DNA of 64,000 bases from the human T2T-CHM13v2.0 reference genome, Homo sapiens. The stretch lies in the NCBI RefSeq assembly GCF_009914755.1, contig NC_060936.1; one strand, written 5' to 3'. The notes below the pieces were generated by a model. That model was not told the origin of the DNA, did not search any database, and was given only the letters and a program-made list of their open reading frames with translations. The position numbers and the translations under genes were made by a program. This document shows, piece after piece, positions 24,271 to 39,674 of this stretch (its first letter is position 1; each line of letters starts with the position of its first letter).

Positions 24271-26681
24271 GATCCCAGCCTCTCCTTTCTTCCTCCTATC
24301 TCACCTTCCATCTTTTCGTGGAAAATTGAGAGGACCCTCAATCGCTCCTTGACCAATACCCTACGGCTACCACCTCCAAATAATGAGATTTCATTTTCTT
24401 TAGAAATTAAAAGATAGTTTTCTCCGAGGTACAAGAGCAGGAAATGGGACCCTCTCAGGATCTTTGTGGGGATGGAGAGGGGAGATCTAGGTATCAGTGG
24501 AAGCGTTCTCGACCCGGGACTCAGGAAGGCCCTGAAGGATCCCAGGCCATCAAACCAACAATCCCCTCCATCAGAGGAATTCCAGCCAAGAATGTCCCCT
24601 TCTCTCCCAGTTATAGGGAGAATTGCCCTCTTCGGTTTTCTGGCCTTTGTTTCTGGATGTCAGGTTAGGCTTAGGGCTTTTGTAAAAGGGGAAACACTTC
24701 TCAAATCCGATGGGCAGGGACAGAGCTGGGCGTGAGTCATTTGGGAGAAATCCTCCAAACTGGTCTGTTCTCGTTGAGGCGATCTCACCCCACCACAGTG
24801 ATAGCCTGGCTCTTATTTGAGGCTCTGCCCCTTTGGGTGGTATCATTGTGTTTGTAACTTTGTACATGTGGAGTCTTTCCATTCAGCTGGAATAGATTTT
24901 GGAAAATAAGGTTACCGAATGGGGCTTGAGTTTTAGCTGGAGGAACCAAAGGGCAGCCAGTTTAGAGAAAGGAAAAAATGGGGGAGGGAGACAAGGAATA
25001 TTCATAATACACACTTGCTTGGGCCTCCCCACCTCATCCCTATCCTGCCTGACCCAGCTCAGGTGTGATGGGGTGATGTGGGCCTCCCAGCTGGAAACCT
25101 CCCCTCAAGGATTCAGTCTTTGATAATTTCAAACCTTCCTGGAATGTGACTGCCTCCAGCTCTGTCTGTCTTTTCTTGGCCATTTCAGAGTCTCTGCCTA
25201 GCATTTCTGCTGCTTTCCAAGTTCCATATTTCCTCCTGTCGTGGCCCTGGTTCCAATCCTTGGACTCCCTTCCAACTGTAAAAGCAGAGGAAGAACCAAA
25301 AGGTGGTGGGTGGCAGTCTGGGAGGGACAGCTGAGGTTCAAAAGTTCCTGGCTAAGCCTCCAATCTGGGCCACCTCAGGGGCTGATCTGACCACTCCAGA
25401 GTGCCCCCTGGGCCAGCAGCAAATAGAACAAAATTTTATAGCCGGGGCAGATGTTGGCTCGGCCATCTCACCCGGATTCCCCTTCATCTCTCTTCCACTG
25501 AAGAGGCTCCAATCTCCACTATACCTTTGTTCTCTTTCCTTTCCCCCTCCTCCCCCTCCTCTTCCTCTGTTTGATCCTGCCAACCCCCCAAATTGTTTCT
25601 TTAGATCTGAAAGCATCTGTTCCTGTCTGACCCTCCCCCAACACCCTCCTCTTTCTCCCTCCCTCCACCTCAAGCAGTCAAAAAGCCCCCAAATGGAAGG
25701 CCTCTGGCCTCTGACCTATTCTGATACACCAACGTCCAGATACCTTTGAGGCCAAACCTTTAGGCCCCTCCCCAGTTACTTTTCTTTCATTCTACCAGCT
25801 GGAGAGGGTCCTGGAATTGAATGAGTTGAGTCTTGGCCCCTAGGGACCAGTCTCTTCTCTGCCTGGGACAATTAACCATTTTTCAGGTAAAAGCAAGGAG
25901 TCCAAGGTTGAAGGGTTTGGTGATGAACTATTTAGATAACTACCCCAGTCCTCTGTTGGGCTTTTGGGGGCTCTAGATTTTGAACATATCCATATTCTGA
26001 CCATAGACAGATGTCCTTTTCTAACCTCTACCTGGCCATTTCTTTTATCACCCTTTCTGACCCTTCCCTTAATTGCAAAGTCATTTTCTGAGCAATAAGA
26101 AAGCCCCTCCAATCCCTCCCAGAATTCACTAATCTAAACTAGGAAGATCAAGGCAGTTTCCATACTGTGCACATTGGAGGGCCTCTTTTCTCTGTTTTTC
26201 AAAAAATAAAAAAGAAACAAAAAAATTACTCCCTCACATCCTCTTTCCCCCCACTCATACCCGTAGAATATATAGAGAGTGTTGTAAACCCAATTGAGGT
26301 AGACAGTCGCCTGTCTTTTCCCCTTTTTAGTCAATCCACTTGGGTCCAAGTTCAGATAATTCAGGCCCAAGGACTTTGAACTCTGCTTGGTTGACCTGTC
26401 TCTAGCAAAAACCCACTTTATATCTCCAGGGCACCAGACTGGAATAATCCCAAGGTCCTTGTCCTGGTGCCCACAGTTGAAAACTGGTAGAAAAGAGTAA
26501 ACCTTCCTCATTCCCTTCCCTCCAGCTCCATCCTGAAATCCAGCCACTGCCTGGGATCCTGCCTCCTCTTCTATCCTGGAAGAGTAGCAGTTGGCCAAGA
26601 GCCCCAGATTCATGCTCCCAGTGGCTTTGCCACCCAGTTTCCATGATGTTGAGAGGCAAACTACCTACCTACCACTCCCTA

Positions 26682-26682
26682 C

Positions 26683-26742
<60 letters not shown>
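26682..26742. repeat. (CT)n(CA)n compound microsatellite
   Basis: Direct reading. Confidence 0.95.
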
Positions 26743-26744
<2 letters not shown>

Positions 26745-27046
26745 GTTGGGCAGACCTGGACCAGCCCAGGATGTTGTTCTTGTCTGGGGGAACCTTACCT
26801 AAGGAGGATACAGGAGGTAAGAGCCTGAATTTTGTGATAGCATCTTTGCTAATTAGTCGGGAGAGAAGACTGGATTGAATCCTTCTCTCCAGTCTATAAT
26901 TTCACACAGACCTTTCTGTACACATTTACCTAGAGACATATCCTCAAAACATACGTGACACATACATTCAAGGATCTTAACATACTTATTTTTTATTTTT
27001 TCTGTTCACATGTGCATGGGTAGGTGACTTTGCTGAAAGTGATGGT

Positions 27047-27063
27047 GAGAGAGAGAGAGAGAG

Positions 27064-27098
<35 letters not shown>
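27047..27098. repeat. (GA)n(GT)n compound microsatellite
   Basis: Direct reading. Confidence 0.95.
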
Positions 27099-27102
<4 letters not shown>

Positions 27103-27337
27103 GTGATGAATGACAGAGAATGACATCCCAACCAGCGCATCTATGAAGTGGGTTCTTTGACTTACCACTGATGTCACTGGTGCCGGAGGTTTTTGCTGTC
27201 CCCTTTTGCCCTTAAACTGCTCTAAAAGGCCTGCTTCTTTGCTGAGACCATGTGGTCTAAGGTCTCACTCTTGATCCCATAATTTGGCTCCTTAGGCCTG
27301 GGGTGGCTAAAAAGGAATGAGGCAAGAGTCAGAAGAC

Positions 27338-27393
27338 TCTCTAGAAGATCAGATCTCTCACTTAATCTCTAGAAGATCAGATATCTCACTTAA
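27338..27393. repeat. 28-bp tandem duplication (2 copies, 1 mismatch)
   Basis: tctctagaagatcagat(c/a)tctcacttaa x2. Confidence 0.9.
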
Positions 27394-27519
27394 CCCTCTC
27401 ACTTCTGTGTCAAGGTTAATCAAAACCACAAACATTTGTTTAACACTCCAATCTATCCTATTTTGCCCATAGGTAGGACCTAGAAAACAACCACTCCACA
27501 ATAGCAGCAACTGCCAAAT

Positions 27520-27880
27520 AACTATCTCCTAGGGTTGTTAATTGCCTTACAGTGGTATTAGAGGATTAAATGGATTAATGCATGATGAGCACTTAGATTC
27601 TTGCTTGGAATAGAATAAGCTTTCGGTGAGTGCAATCTGTTATTATTAGTAACATCATCAGGCATTTTCTTACGTGCTTGCTATATACCAGGCACTGGAC
27701 TAGATTCATTGTCTCATTCAAGCCTTATAATAGCACTGTAAGGAAGTTATTATATTCCTATTTGACACAAAAGGAAGCTGAGTGAGCCTCGGGAGGATAC
27801 GGATGTGTTCCACTGGCAGAGCCCAGACTCCAGTCAGATTTGCCTGGCCCCAGAGTGGGTGTTCTGAACCACTCCAATTC
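27520..27880. mobile_element. MIR fragments; start of the repeat-dense zone
   Basis: gaggattaaatggattaatgcatg..gcacttag; cttgctatataccaggcactgg..; aaggaagctgag. Confidence 0.6.
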
Positions 27881-28027
27881 TTTGCTCATGATAGGCAAGG
27901 AGCACTGGTGAGAGTATGGGGGTCGTGTCAGCCGAGGGCAAGCAGGACCTAGATTAGCTTGGGCTTTGCTACCTTGCTTGATCTCACCTAGGCAGATTCT
28001 TGTTCTCATCAACACCAGGCTCCAACC

Positions 28028-28799
<772 letters not shown>

Positions 28800-30124
28800 A
28801 GCTAACCAACTGTGATAACCAGCAGAAGCCACTATAATAATATTACTGGACACCCTTTTAGCTCTTTAGTGGTGCTTCTGACTACAAAACCCATCAACAT
28901 TTCACTATTTCATGCTGTATTTGAATTGTGTTATCTTAGGTAAGTTACTCAATTTTTCTACCTCATAGATAGATAGAAGATAGATAGATATAGATAGACT
29001 TGCTATGTGTGTCATATGTGCATTATTCATTATTGTTTAGCTTGAATATATAGAGTAAAATATAAATTTATAGATAAAATAGCTTTCACATGTTTAGCAT
29101 TGTTTGAGGTGGGCAGCTTGACTATTAATATCAATCTTTTCTTTTCAGAAGGGGAAACTGAGCCAAAGAGGGTTGATGTGACTTGCTGAGGATGACACAA
29201 TCAGCAACTGGTGGGCAGTAGGGCAGAACTCCTGTCCTTTGACTCCTAGACCTATGCTCACCCTCTCAGAATCCCTCTCTATACAGACATGGCTGCAAAA
29301 CATGCCTGTGGAGGGTGGATGTGTGCCAGGCACAAACCATTTATGAAGTATATATAATGTTTGCATTTATCTGAAGATATTTATATCTGAGAGAAAAAAT
29401 ATCTTGTATTCCTGCATGCAAAGTTACAGCTTTGCTTGGTACAAGGCATCAGCCTGCCAGTGTTTCTCCTTCCTCATCAAATTATCCATGTGTCTGTAGT
29501 TCTGGGCTGGATATATCCACTGTTAGGGATACTCCTTCCTTCCAGGTCTCCTGCTGGTACATTCCCACTGAGAGCAGGTAGATAGCCCAGCTTGTCACAT
29601 GAGCACACAGAACAGGCACACCTGAGGGTAGCAGTCTCATCCCCTTCTTTTTCTTTTTCCTATACATCATTTCTAACATACCTTTTCAAAAATTAGTGGT
29701 CTACAGGTGTACAACCAAGGGAAGCATCGTTGTATGAGCTGAGGTGTAGATGTGTCTCTGCAGATGCAAATGCAGAACTTTGGGTGCCCATATACCTGTC
29801 TAGGTAAGCCCCGTGTAAATGTATGAGCAACTGGGGTCTCAATTCTTTCATTAATCTGATAGGTATTTATTCACAAATTCTATATTTTATGGCTGTATGA
29901 GGCTCATGTTTATGCAGGATCCTGTGAGAAAAAGCCTCGGTGGGAAGTCAGTCTGTCTGAATTCTAGCCAAGCTTTCTGCTCCTAGCTGCCTGAAGCAAA
30001 TCATTTACCCAGTGAGAGCCTCCACTTCCTCATCCACATAATGGGGGGAAATAATGATAGTCTCAGCTACATCTCGGGATGAGGAGTCTGGTGGGGAAAT
30101 AGTAGGAGATGTCTGAGTATGATT

Positions 30125-30351
30125 CTTTTTCTCTCTTTTCTTTCTGTCTTTCTTTCTTTCTCTCTTTCCTTTCTTTCTTTTCTCTCTCTCTCTCTTTCTT
30201 TCTTTCTTTTTTCTTTCCTTCTTTCTGTTTTTTTTTTAGATTTGGGGGTGGAGTCTCACTATATTGCCCAGGCTGGCCTTAAACTCCTGGGCTCAAGCAA
30301 TCTTTTCTCCTCAGTCTCCTGAGTAGCTGGGACTACAGGCACTATGCCCAG
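30125..30351 (-). mobile_element. Alu monomer (FLAM/AluJ-like) with (TTTC/CT)n-expanded tail
   Basis: Left-monomer-type sequence 30238-30351 preceded by pyrimidine microsatellite. Confidence 0.75.
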
Positions 30352-30473
30352 CTTTAGGATTCTTTTCTTTTATGGAAAAGTCCAAACAAAATAGTAGAGA
30401 GAATAATATAATCAAACACTAGTAATATAATCATCATTTCACTTCAACAATGATCAGCCTACAGCCAGTCTAA

Positions 30474-30846
<373 letters not shown>

Positions 30847-30964
30847 AAAATTTCTTACGTAGTAAACATTTCAGTGAATACCTTTAAAAGTTAAAGTTTA
30901 TTAATAACATAACCACAATATGATTATAATACCTACCTAAAATTTCTTAGCAAAACTCTTCAGA

Positions 30965-31065
30965 TTTTTTTTTTTTTTTTTTTTTTTTTTGAGACGGAGT
31001 CTCACTCTGTCGCCCAGGCTGGAGTGCCGTGGGTTCAACCTATTCTCCTGCCTCAGCCTCCCTAG
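30965..31065 (-). mobile_element. Truncated Alu 3' fragment with internal deletion
   Basis: T-run then gagacggagtctcactctgtcgcccaggctggagtgc joined to gggttcaacctattctcctgcctcagcctccc. Confidence 0.85.
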
Positions 31066-31105
31066 TTTTTAAAAAGTAAAAAAGATCTAAGAAATGTTAA
31101 GCGGA

Positions 31106-31424
<319 letters not shown>

Positions 31425-33174
31425 TTAAGTGGCTAACTCCCCTCTGTCTCATGCTCAGGGCTGATGAATGTCAATAATAGAAAATGAGAATGGGGAGAAA
31501 AAGATGAACTTTCCTTTTTTATTTTTATCTTAAAATCCCAGGCCACCCCCAGCTCCTCCCCTCTACTCATTAGGTCCATTACAAATGGGCTGAGAGGGGA
31601 CCCTGGAGGTCTAATGTGGTGGAGGCAGCCAGAAGGCATCCTCGGAAGACACTGCAGACCTCATATTGGATGAAAATCAGAGTGAACCAGAAGGAATCTG
31701 AGCTGAGGGCCTGCCAAGCCATTCTCCAGCATCAGATTTCTTCCTCGGCTCGCCAGGCATTTGAAAGATGTCTGAAGTCTCTTTGGAGTTACTGATCTCC
31801 AAAGACATGCAGATACATGTAATAGCATATAGAAACCCAAAAGGAGATTGCACAGAGACACAAGTAAACCCATCTGCCCATATACCAGCTATGTACAAAC
31901 ATATGCAAACACTCAGAGGCAGATGCAAATATACACATACAAATCAGCAAACTCAGGCATGCAGGAAAACAGAGATACAAACCCAAACACTCAAACATAT
32001 ATAAACATGCAGGGATACAAACATGCAGGTTCTGGAACCAAATAGAAAAGCCCAGAAGTGTGAAAATACACTTTGAGACATTTTTACTACTGACCAGTTA
32101 ACATGGCCAAGCTCCAAGTCTGGCTGACTCTTTCCCTCACATACCATCAAATAGGCCAAATATTGACAAAACTACAACCTGAGTCACATTCACAAAAATG
32201 TGTACCTGGGATAAGTCATCCCAAGGCCTTTCCCCTGCCCTTGTCAGCACAAGTTCTCTATCATTAGTGCTTTGTCTCCCCAAAAGGCAGGAATAAGAGT
32301 GGTGTGGTGTGGTACCATGTATGTGTGTGCATGTATCCATATGAAGACACATTTCTTCATTCTGCCAAGTCAACTTGTCGAAAAGGGGAAAGAACACTAG
32401 CCATGCACAGACCTCAAGTCACTGCAGGCTGATGAGGGAACATTGCTTTGCTTACCCTGTGCTACAGCTGTAGGTTGAACTGATTTTTCCCCAAATCGAT
32501 TGGCCCACATGGGTGTTTTGGCATCTTCTAGACATAACCTGGGGGTGCTTTCTCTGGGCCCGAGAGAGGCTGCGCCAATTGTCTGGGGTTGATTCTTCTG
32601 AGTGAACTTACCAATCAATTAAAAGAATAAAGGTGATGGAACTGGCTGGATCAGGTTGTTGGCTAGGCATTACATGGCCATGGAGTGATACTGAGTCAAA
32701 AAGGATGGGCAGAATCCAACAGTTTTAAAACAAGATCCATCAATAGATGGAGATAAACCAGTGGGGCTATTTAGCACTGTGCTCAGGAAAACCAGTCAAC
32801 TGACTAAACTGTTCTCATTTCAACCAATTTTTGTGAGATGCAGCAGAAGCAACAGCATCTGAGAGTCAAGGGACCCAAGTGTGTTTGCATTGAAAGCTGG
32901 ATCTACACTGGCATTTAGGGTAAGGGAAGGGTTGTGCAAATGACTGTAGATTCGGAAGGATAAAATGTGAGTATTTATCAGGAACTTAAAACTATTATCA
33001 TTGGCAAGAAAGTAAAAGTTGTATAGTGAATTGAGGCTTTTTCTTTGTATGGAATCACAGAATGTTAGATATTGAAGGGACCTTAGAGTTCATGTGGAAA
33101 CTGAGGCTTGGAGAGTTTTAAATGACTTGTCCAAGGTCACACAGCGAGTAAATGGCTGAGACACATTTAGACAC

Positions 33175-33845
<671 letters not shown>

Positions 33846-36262
33846 GACACCATGACTCTGGATTCCTAGTCCGCTGCCATTGTGCCCATGTCAGACTAAG
33901 TCATCTGGTGGATCCTATTCTTAAGTTGGCTCAATTTTGTTATGTTTCTTAGGGATGGGGAAGCTGTTTAGAGCCAACGTGAAATTGAAAACTGTTTCCT
34001 GGAGCCAAGGCCCATTGGGAAACTGAGTGAGCATGGGCTGGGGAATCCGGGATTAGGCTGACCACCAAACACTGGGAAATGGAAGTTTCTAACCAGAATC
34101 TTGGAACTGGAAAGAACTCAGTGAGGTTAACTTAGCCATCTCAGATGGAGGAGAACTTACCTGGTATGTTCAGAGAACACAACTGTCTGAGAGCTCTCAT
34201 CACTGATATATTCTTTCTTATGTGTATTCAGATTCTTCAGGCCAAGCTCAAACCCCTATCCCTTGCCTCCAGTCCTCAGCGTTGGACAGTAAGATAAAAC
34301 TCATCCAATAAGAGAGGTTTTCTCCCTTGAAGCTTGAAGAAGCCTTGACAAGATCTTAAGGAAATTTTTTTATTCAAGAGAGCCTCTTTCTCTCCTCATC
34401 TGAGGCTGGAGGTGGGGAATTTAGAGGCAAAAACTTCCCTTACCCCGTTGTTGTCTGTCCTAAGACCTTCAGCCCCTTATCTGGGCCCTGGCCAGCTCTA
34501 GAAAATGGATTAAGGTGAGTTGATATGTAATGTGGTACAGAAGCAGGGAGAGGGGAGAAGCCCTCTAATATCGCAGAGATCACAGATGGCTCCAGTGGGA
34601 TTATGGGGCATGGTGTATGATGAGGCTTGTGCCAAAAAGTGGCCACAACCAGGAAGAAGGGTCCATCTTATTATGATGGTTGGTGACTCTCCCTGCCATG
34701 AAGAGCAAGCTTGGATTCTGGGGTTTGGAGGGAGCAACTCCAAAAATATCCAGCTGAAACACACAGAGCCAGAGTCAGCATGGTGCTGGGACTAGTACTG
34801 GTTCAGGGATCAGAACACCTGGGTTCTGATCTCTGTCTGAGCCTCAGTTTCTCTTCCTTCACAATGAAGTGGTTTGATTAGGTTATCACTAAGATCCTTC
34901 CAGCTCTGAGACTCTAAGCAAAAACTGAAGGATGCTGGGGGGCAGGGAGAAGGAATACTCTTTGTAGCAAATCAGATGATGGACTATGTGTCTCTGTGAA
35001 CCAAACCAGGCACAGAAAACTCTCCATCTTCATTCCAGAGTTGGTGGGGGGTGGGGGAGTAGGGGGTGTTAGCTGTGGTGTCTCCTTATTTGACAACTCA
35101 ACCTTTTCCACAGAGCCCCTGCAGACACACTATGGGGAGCTGTTTCCCTTAAGGACCCTGCCCCTGAGGGAAGAGAGGCAGAAACAAGATGGGGCAGGAA
35201 GTTGGAAAGGGTGTCTGCATGATGCCAATAGCCAGGTGAAAACAGAGAAATCAGCCCACTATCTGCTTAGTTTCAAATAGAATAAAGGGATCCAATTTTG
35301 TAGCTTTCATCTGATGTAATGGATAATGAGATGCAGGATCAGCCTTTTGCAGTGATTCAGTTTAAAGCCCCTGGGAAGGATCTGTTTCCCCCTCCCCAAT
35401 TATCCTGCCACAAAAAAGCCTTAAGTTCCACCATTAAAGCACATGGTGTTAAGTACAGTCCTCTGCAGATCACATCCTTTAAAATACAAAAGCACCACTG
35501 GGATACTTCATCAAACAAGGATAGAATCAGAAAAGTAGTGCTTAGGGGGTATGCTTAGGGAGATGAGGGGCCCTGAAGATTAATCTCTAGATACTTCTCA
35601 GTTTCACATTGCCTGATCCTTGTGGGAAAGCTAGATTCTGCCTGAGGAAGTGGGAACTCAGGGACTCCCCTAGAAACCAGATGCCTGCAATTATGAGTAT
35701 ATTTCTAGTCCTGGGAAATGGGTGGACTCTAAGTGGTGAGGGTAGTTATCACACCAAAAAATCACAGAGGCTGCCAGTAAAACTTAAATCAGGGGGATGG
35801 AAATTCTGATAATATACGTGCATTTGGGTCAGCCACTATAGAAACCAGTGTAGAAGTACTTCATGGGGCCCCCTGTATGTCCAGAGGATATAAAACTATT
35901 CCAGAGGGGGAAAAATCCCTTCCATTTCTATGATTATCTACTGTATATCTAACCCATAAGGCATGGTTTGAAAGTATTAAAACCTAGCAGATAGGGAAAC
36001 ACACAGCCAGGGTTCAGATCTAGTGATGTGACCTTGGGTGGGTGACTTAACCTTTCTGAGAATAGATTTCCTCATCAAATTCAGTATAAAGCAACTGGCA
36101 TATAGTAATCTTCTAGAAATGGAAACTATTATAGTTATGAGTACTGAGGGAGCTTCAGGACACTATTCATGAATTGGCACTAAGCCATGGAATGAATGGT
36201 CACCATAGTCAGAGCAAATCAGAGGTCCAGACCCTGATAAATTCATGCATAATCTTTTTCTT

Positions 36263-36575
36263 TTTTCTTTCTTTCTTTTTTTTTTTTTTTTTTTTGAGAC
36301 GGAGTCTTGCTCTGTTGCCCAGGCTGGAGTGCAGTGGCACAATCTCGGCTCACTGCAAGCTCTGCCTCCTGGGTTCACACCATTCTCCTGCCTCAGTCTC
36401 CTGAGTACCTGGGACTACAGGCACCTGCCACCACGCCCAGTAAACTTTTTGTATTTTTAGTAGAAATGGGGTTTCACCGTGTTAGCCAGGATGGTCTTGA
36501 TCTCCTGACTTCGTGATCCGCCTGCCTCAGCCTCCCAGCGTGCTGGGATTACAGGCATGAGCCACTGCGCCCGGC
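36263..36575 (-). mobile_element. AluY-like
   Basis: Full Alu; TSD gcataatctttttctt. Confidence 0.95.
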
Positions 36576-37513
36576 GCATAATCTTTTTCTTACCTGAGTG
36601 AATCTTGTTTTTTCCCAACTTAATCTTATCTTTCAGGATCTGCCAATAAAAGAAGCAGAAAGAGTCCTGTACCCCTCCATGCAGCCTGGAAATTTTAGGT
36701 TTGGGCCAAAGTTGGCCTTACCCACAGACAGGATGGGTGGCTGCCTTCATGACAGGATTTAAGAAAAATCATAAACCATCCTCACCCAAATTTGTATTAT
36801 GCCACCTGCCACATGGGTCTAAAATTCCATTATTATAGATATTTCCCCCGATCTGGGCAGTGGCTTCTGAAGACCCCTACGAAAAACACACAGTTGCCTG
36901 GGAGAATGTGCATGTCAACACATTGGTGAAAGTTTCCTAACCTGCAATCTAGCTTCTTCTTCAATAAAGAAGAATGGTCTGGAACTCAGGACAAGTAAAT
37001 TTTGATAGGACTGGGGTTCTTAAAGGGCCAGAGCACAGGCCTCTTCCTTTCAGGAGGTACACATAGAATGTATGGACAGCAGAAAGACACCAAATGGGCG
37101 TGGGACCTACTAAGAATGTCCACTGGGCCATCTGTGATTTAGGGAGCTGAGACAATGAGACAATTCTAACTTTCAGTTCACCTTGATATTGACTCTACCT
37201 AGGTCTTGTACCTTCCAGCACAGACTTGCATCCTCCCAAGAGCAATGATGTACTTGGGCAAGAGGTAGAGAGGCGATACTAGTGTCTGAGTAGTCTGAGC
37301 AGCGACATCCAGGTCTCAGTGACTGAGACCAAGCAGCTCTGTCTCTGACCAACACAATCATGACAGCAGCTAAAGGTCTCCACTCTGGGTTGGGGTCAAG
37401 GAAATGAGCAACTAAGAGTGTGCTCTGCAGATCACTGGGACTCTAGAGGGTCTTTTAGTTGGTCCAAAAGTCCACCCAGAATCCGTCGTCCAAACACACG
37501 TGACTGGTTTGTG

Positions 37514-37818
<305 letters not shown>

Positions 37819-38420
37819 TGGTTTGTGTTTTAATTGTAATCTCTGAGGAGATATAAATATATATTTGAAAGAGCAAAGAAATTAATATTTGAAAAAGTAT
37901 AACTATTGTCATGGTTATTTACTAAGGAAAAAATGTGTGTGTGAATATTGAATATGTATGTATGTGTGTAAACACACACACGTATTCTTCCCTCCCTCCC
38001 TCCTTTCCTTCCTTCCTTTCTTTCCATTGACAAAAGAGGCCAATGAGATATGCGACAACTGGCATCTCTGCAATCTGACCAGAACAGCCTGAAGGCCACC
38101 AGAGTGGATGTTACATCTGCAGGACTGGCCGCTTTCCTACCAATGTTTTTCAACTCGGATGTTTTGGCATCATGGCAGCACACATCCTCTCTCTAATCCA
38201 GTCTGCACCTAAACCCTGTGTAGGCAGTTTCTGCCGTAAAAAGAGCAGCCCGATAAGTGAGAACTTGGTTCCTCCTACATTACCCTAAATATTGCTGTGA
38301 TATCAGGGAAATAATATTAATACTTACAACAACTACAACCAAGTTGTAGGGCCTCAACTACTCCCCTCCCCAAACTTTCCTCCTCTGAATTATGAGAAAA
38401 CTTCTTTAAGAAGGTTGGAA

Positions 38421-38703
38421 GGCCGGGCGCGGTGGCTCACGCCTGTAGTCCCAGCACTTTGGGAGGCCAAGGCGGGCGGATCACGAGGTCAGGAGATCGA
38501 GACCATCCTGGCTAACACGATGAAACCCTGTCTTTACTAAAAATACAAAAAATTAGCCGGGCGTGGTGGCAGGTGCCTGTAGTCCCAGGTACTCAGGAGG
38601 CTGAGGCAGGAGAATGGCGTGAACCCGGGAGGCGGAGCTTGCAGTGAGCTGAGATCACACCACTGCACTCCAGCCTGGGCGACAGAGTGAGACTCCATCT
38701 CAG

Positions 38704-38742
<39 letters not shown>
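38421..38742 (+). mobile_element. AluY with long A tail
   Basis: Full Alu; TSD aag(a/c)aggttggaa. Confidence 0.95.
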
Positions 38743-38743
<1 letters not shown>

Positions 38744-39608
38744 CAGGTTGGAAGAACTGGGAATGAGAGAGGAGAATTGGGAATGGGGGAGAATGTGTTA
38801 AGCAGGTGTAAAACATAGGAAGAGGGTCTGTAAACGCTCCATCTCTGAGAGGGGGGCTTTGTGGACGGGAGGAGAAGGAACTAAAGGGTGGTAATTAGCT
38901 TATTATTGTTTCCCTTGGGTGTTGTGAGAATTCCTTAGGAGACACTTGTAAAAAAGCAGAGGGAAGACAGTAAATACACATCTAATGATATGCTAAATAA
39001 ATTATTATTGTTATTATTATGACTATAATAGCAATTGTAACTTGCTTCCTGCTCGAATTTCCACTAAAGATGGGAACTGACCCCCTTACTGCCAGGCCTC
39101 CACAGCTGTCAATAACCCCCAGCCCCCGCCTCCCCAGGAATCAGTCGAGTAATTGGGCAATATAGACTAGGCTTCAGTTAACAGCCGTTCTTCTGGTGTC
39201 TGCAGGAGAACCAAACAGGAGCTCAACATAAGCAGCAAGGCCTCTGCCAGGTACCTGCTCTAGCAAAGAAAAGAAGAAAAGGAACCTTGCCGAGAATCGT
39301 GGGGGTTATATTTAGGGAATAACTTCTTGATTTCCAAGCAAGAGAACTCAGGGAGGGCAAAAACTGAGGCAGGCATTTAGGGAGGGGGCGGGTCACAGAA
39401 ACAAAGGGGAAATATACAAATTAGGGATACTCAGTCTAGAGATCATAGGCTTCTAGGACTCCTGCAACTATCAAGGGCACTTCCAGAATTTTGCTAGGAA
39501 GTGAGCCAATTGTTTTTGTCAGCTTCTCAAAGGGGTCTGGGACCCAGGAACAGCTAAGAGCCATTCCAGCCCAGGTAAAAGGGACCCAGGACTCTTTGGG
39601 GTTAATAA

Positions 39609-39674
39609 TAGTGGCCAGTGTCTATTGGTTTCCTGCCTTTTGGCTAAGGACAAACCAATAGACACTGGCCACTA
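39609..39674. repeat. Perfect 23-bp inverted repeat with 20-nt spacer
   Basis: tagtggccagtgtctattggttt (39609-39631) / aaaccaatagacactggccacta (39652-39674). Confidence 0.95.

Noticed and set aside
26682-27098. Apparent long inverted repeat between (CT)n(CA)n and (GA)n(GT)n
   Set aside because: Block order is complementary but not reversed, so no continuous stem; common microsatellites
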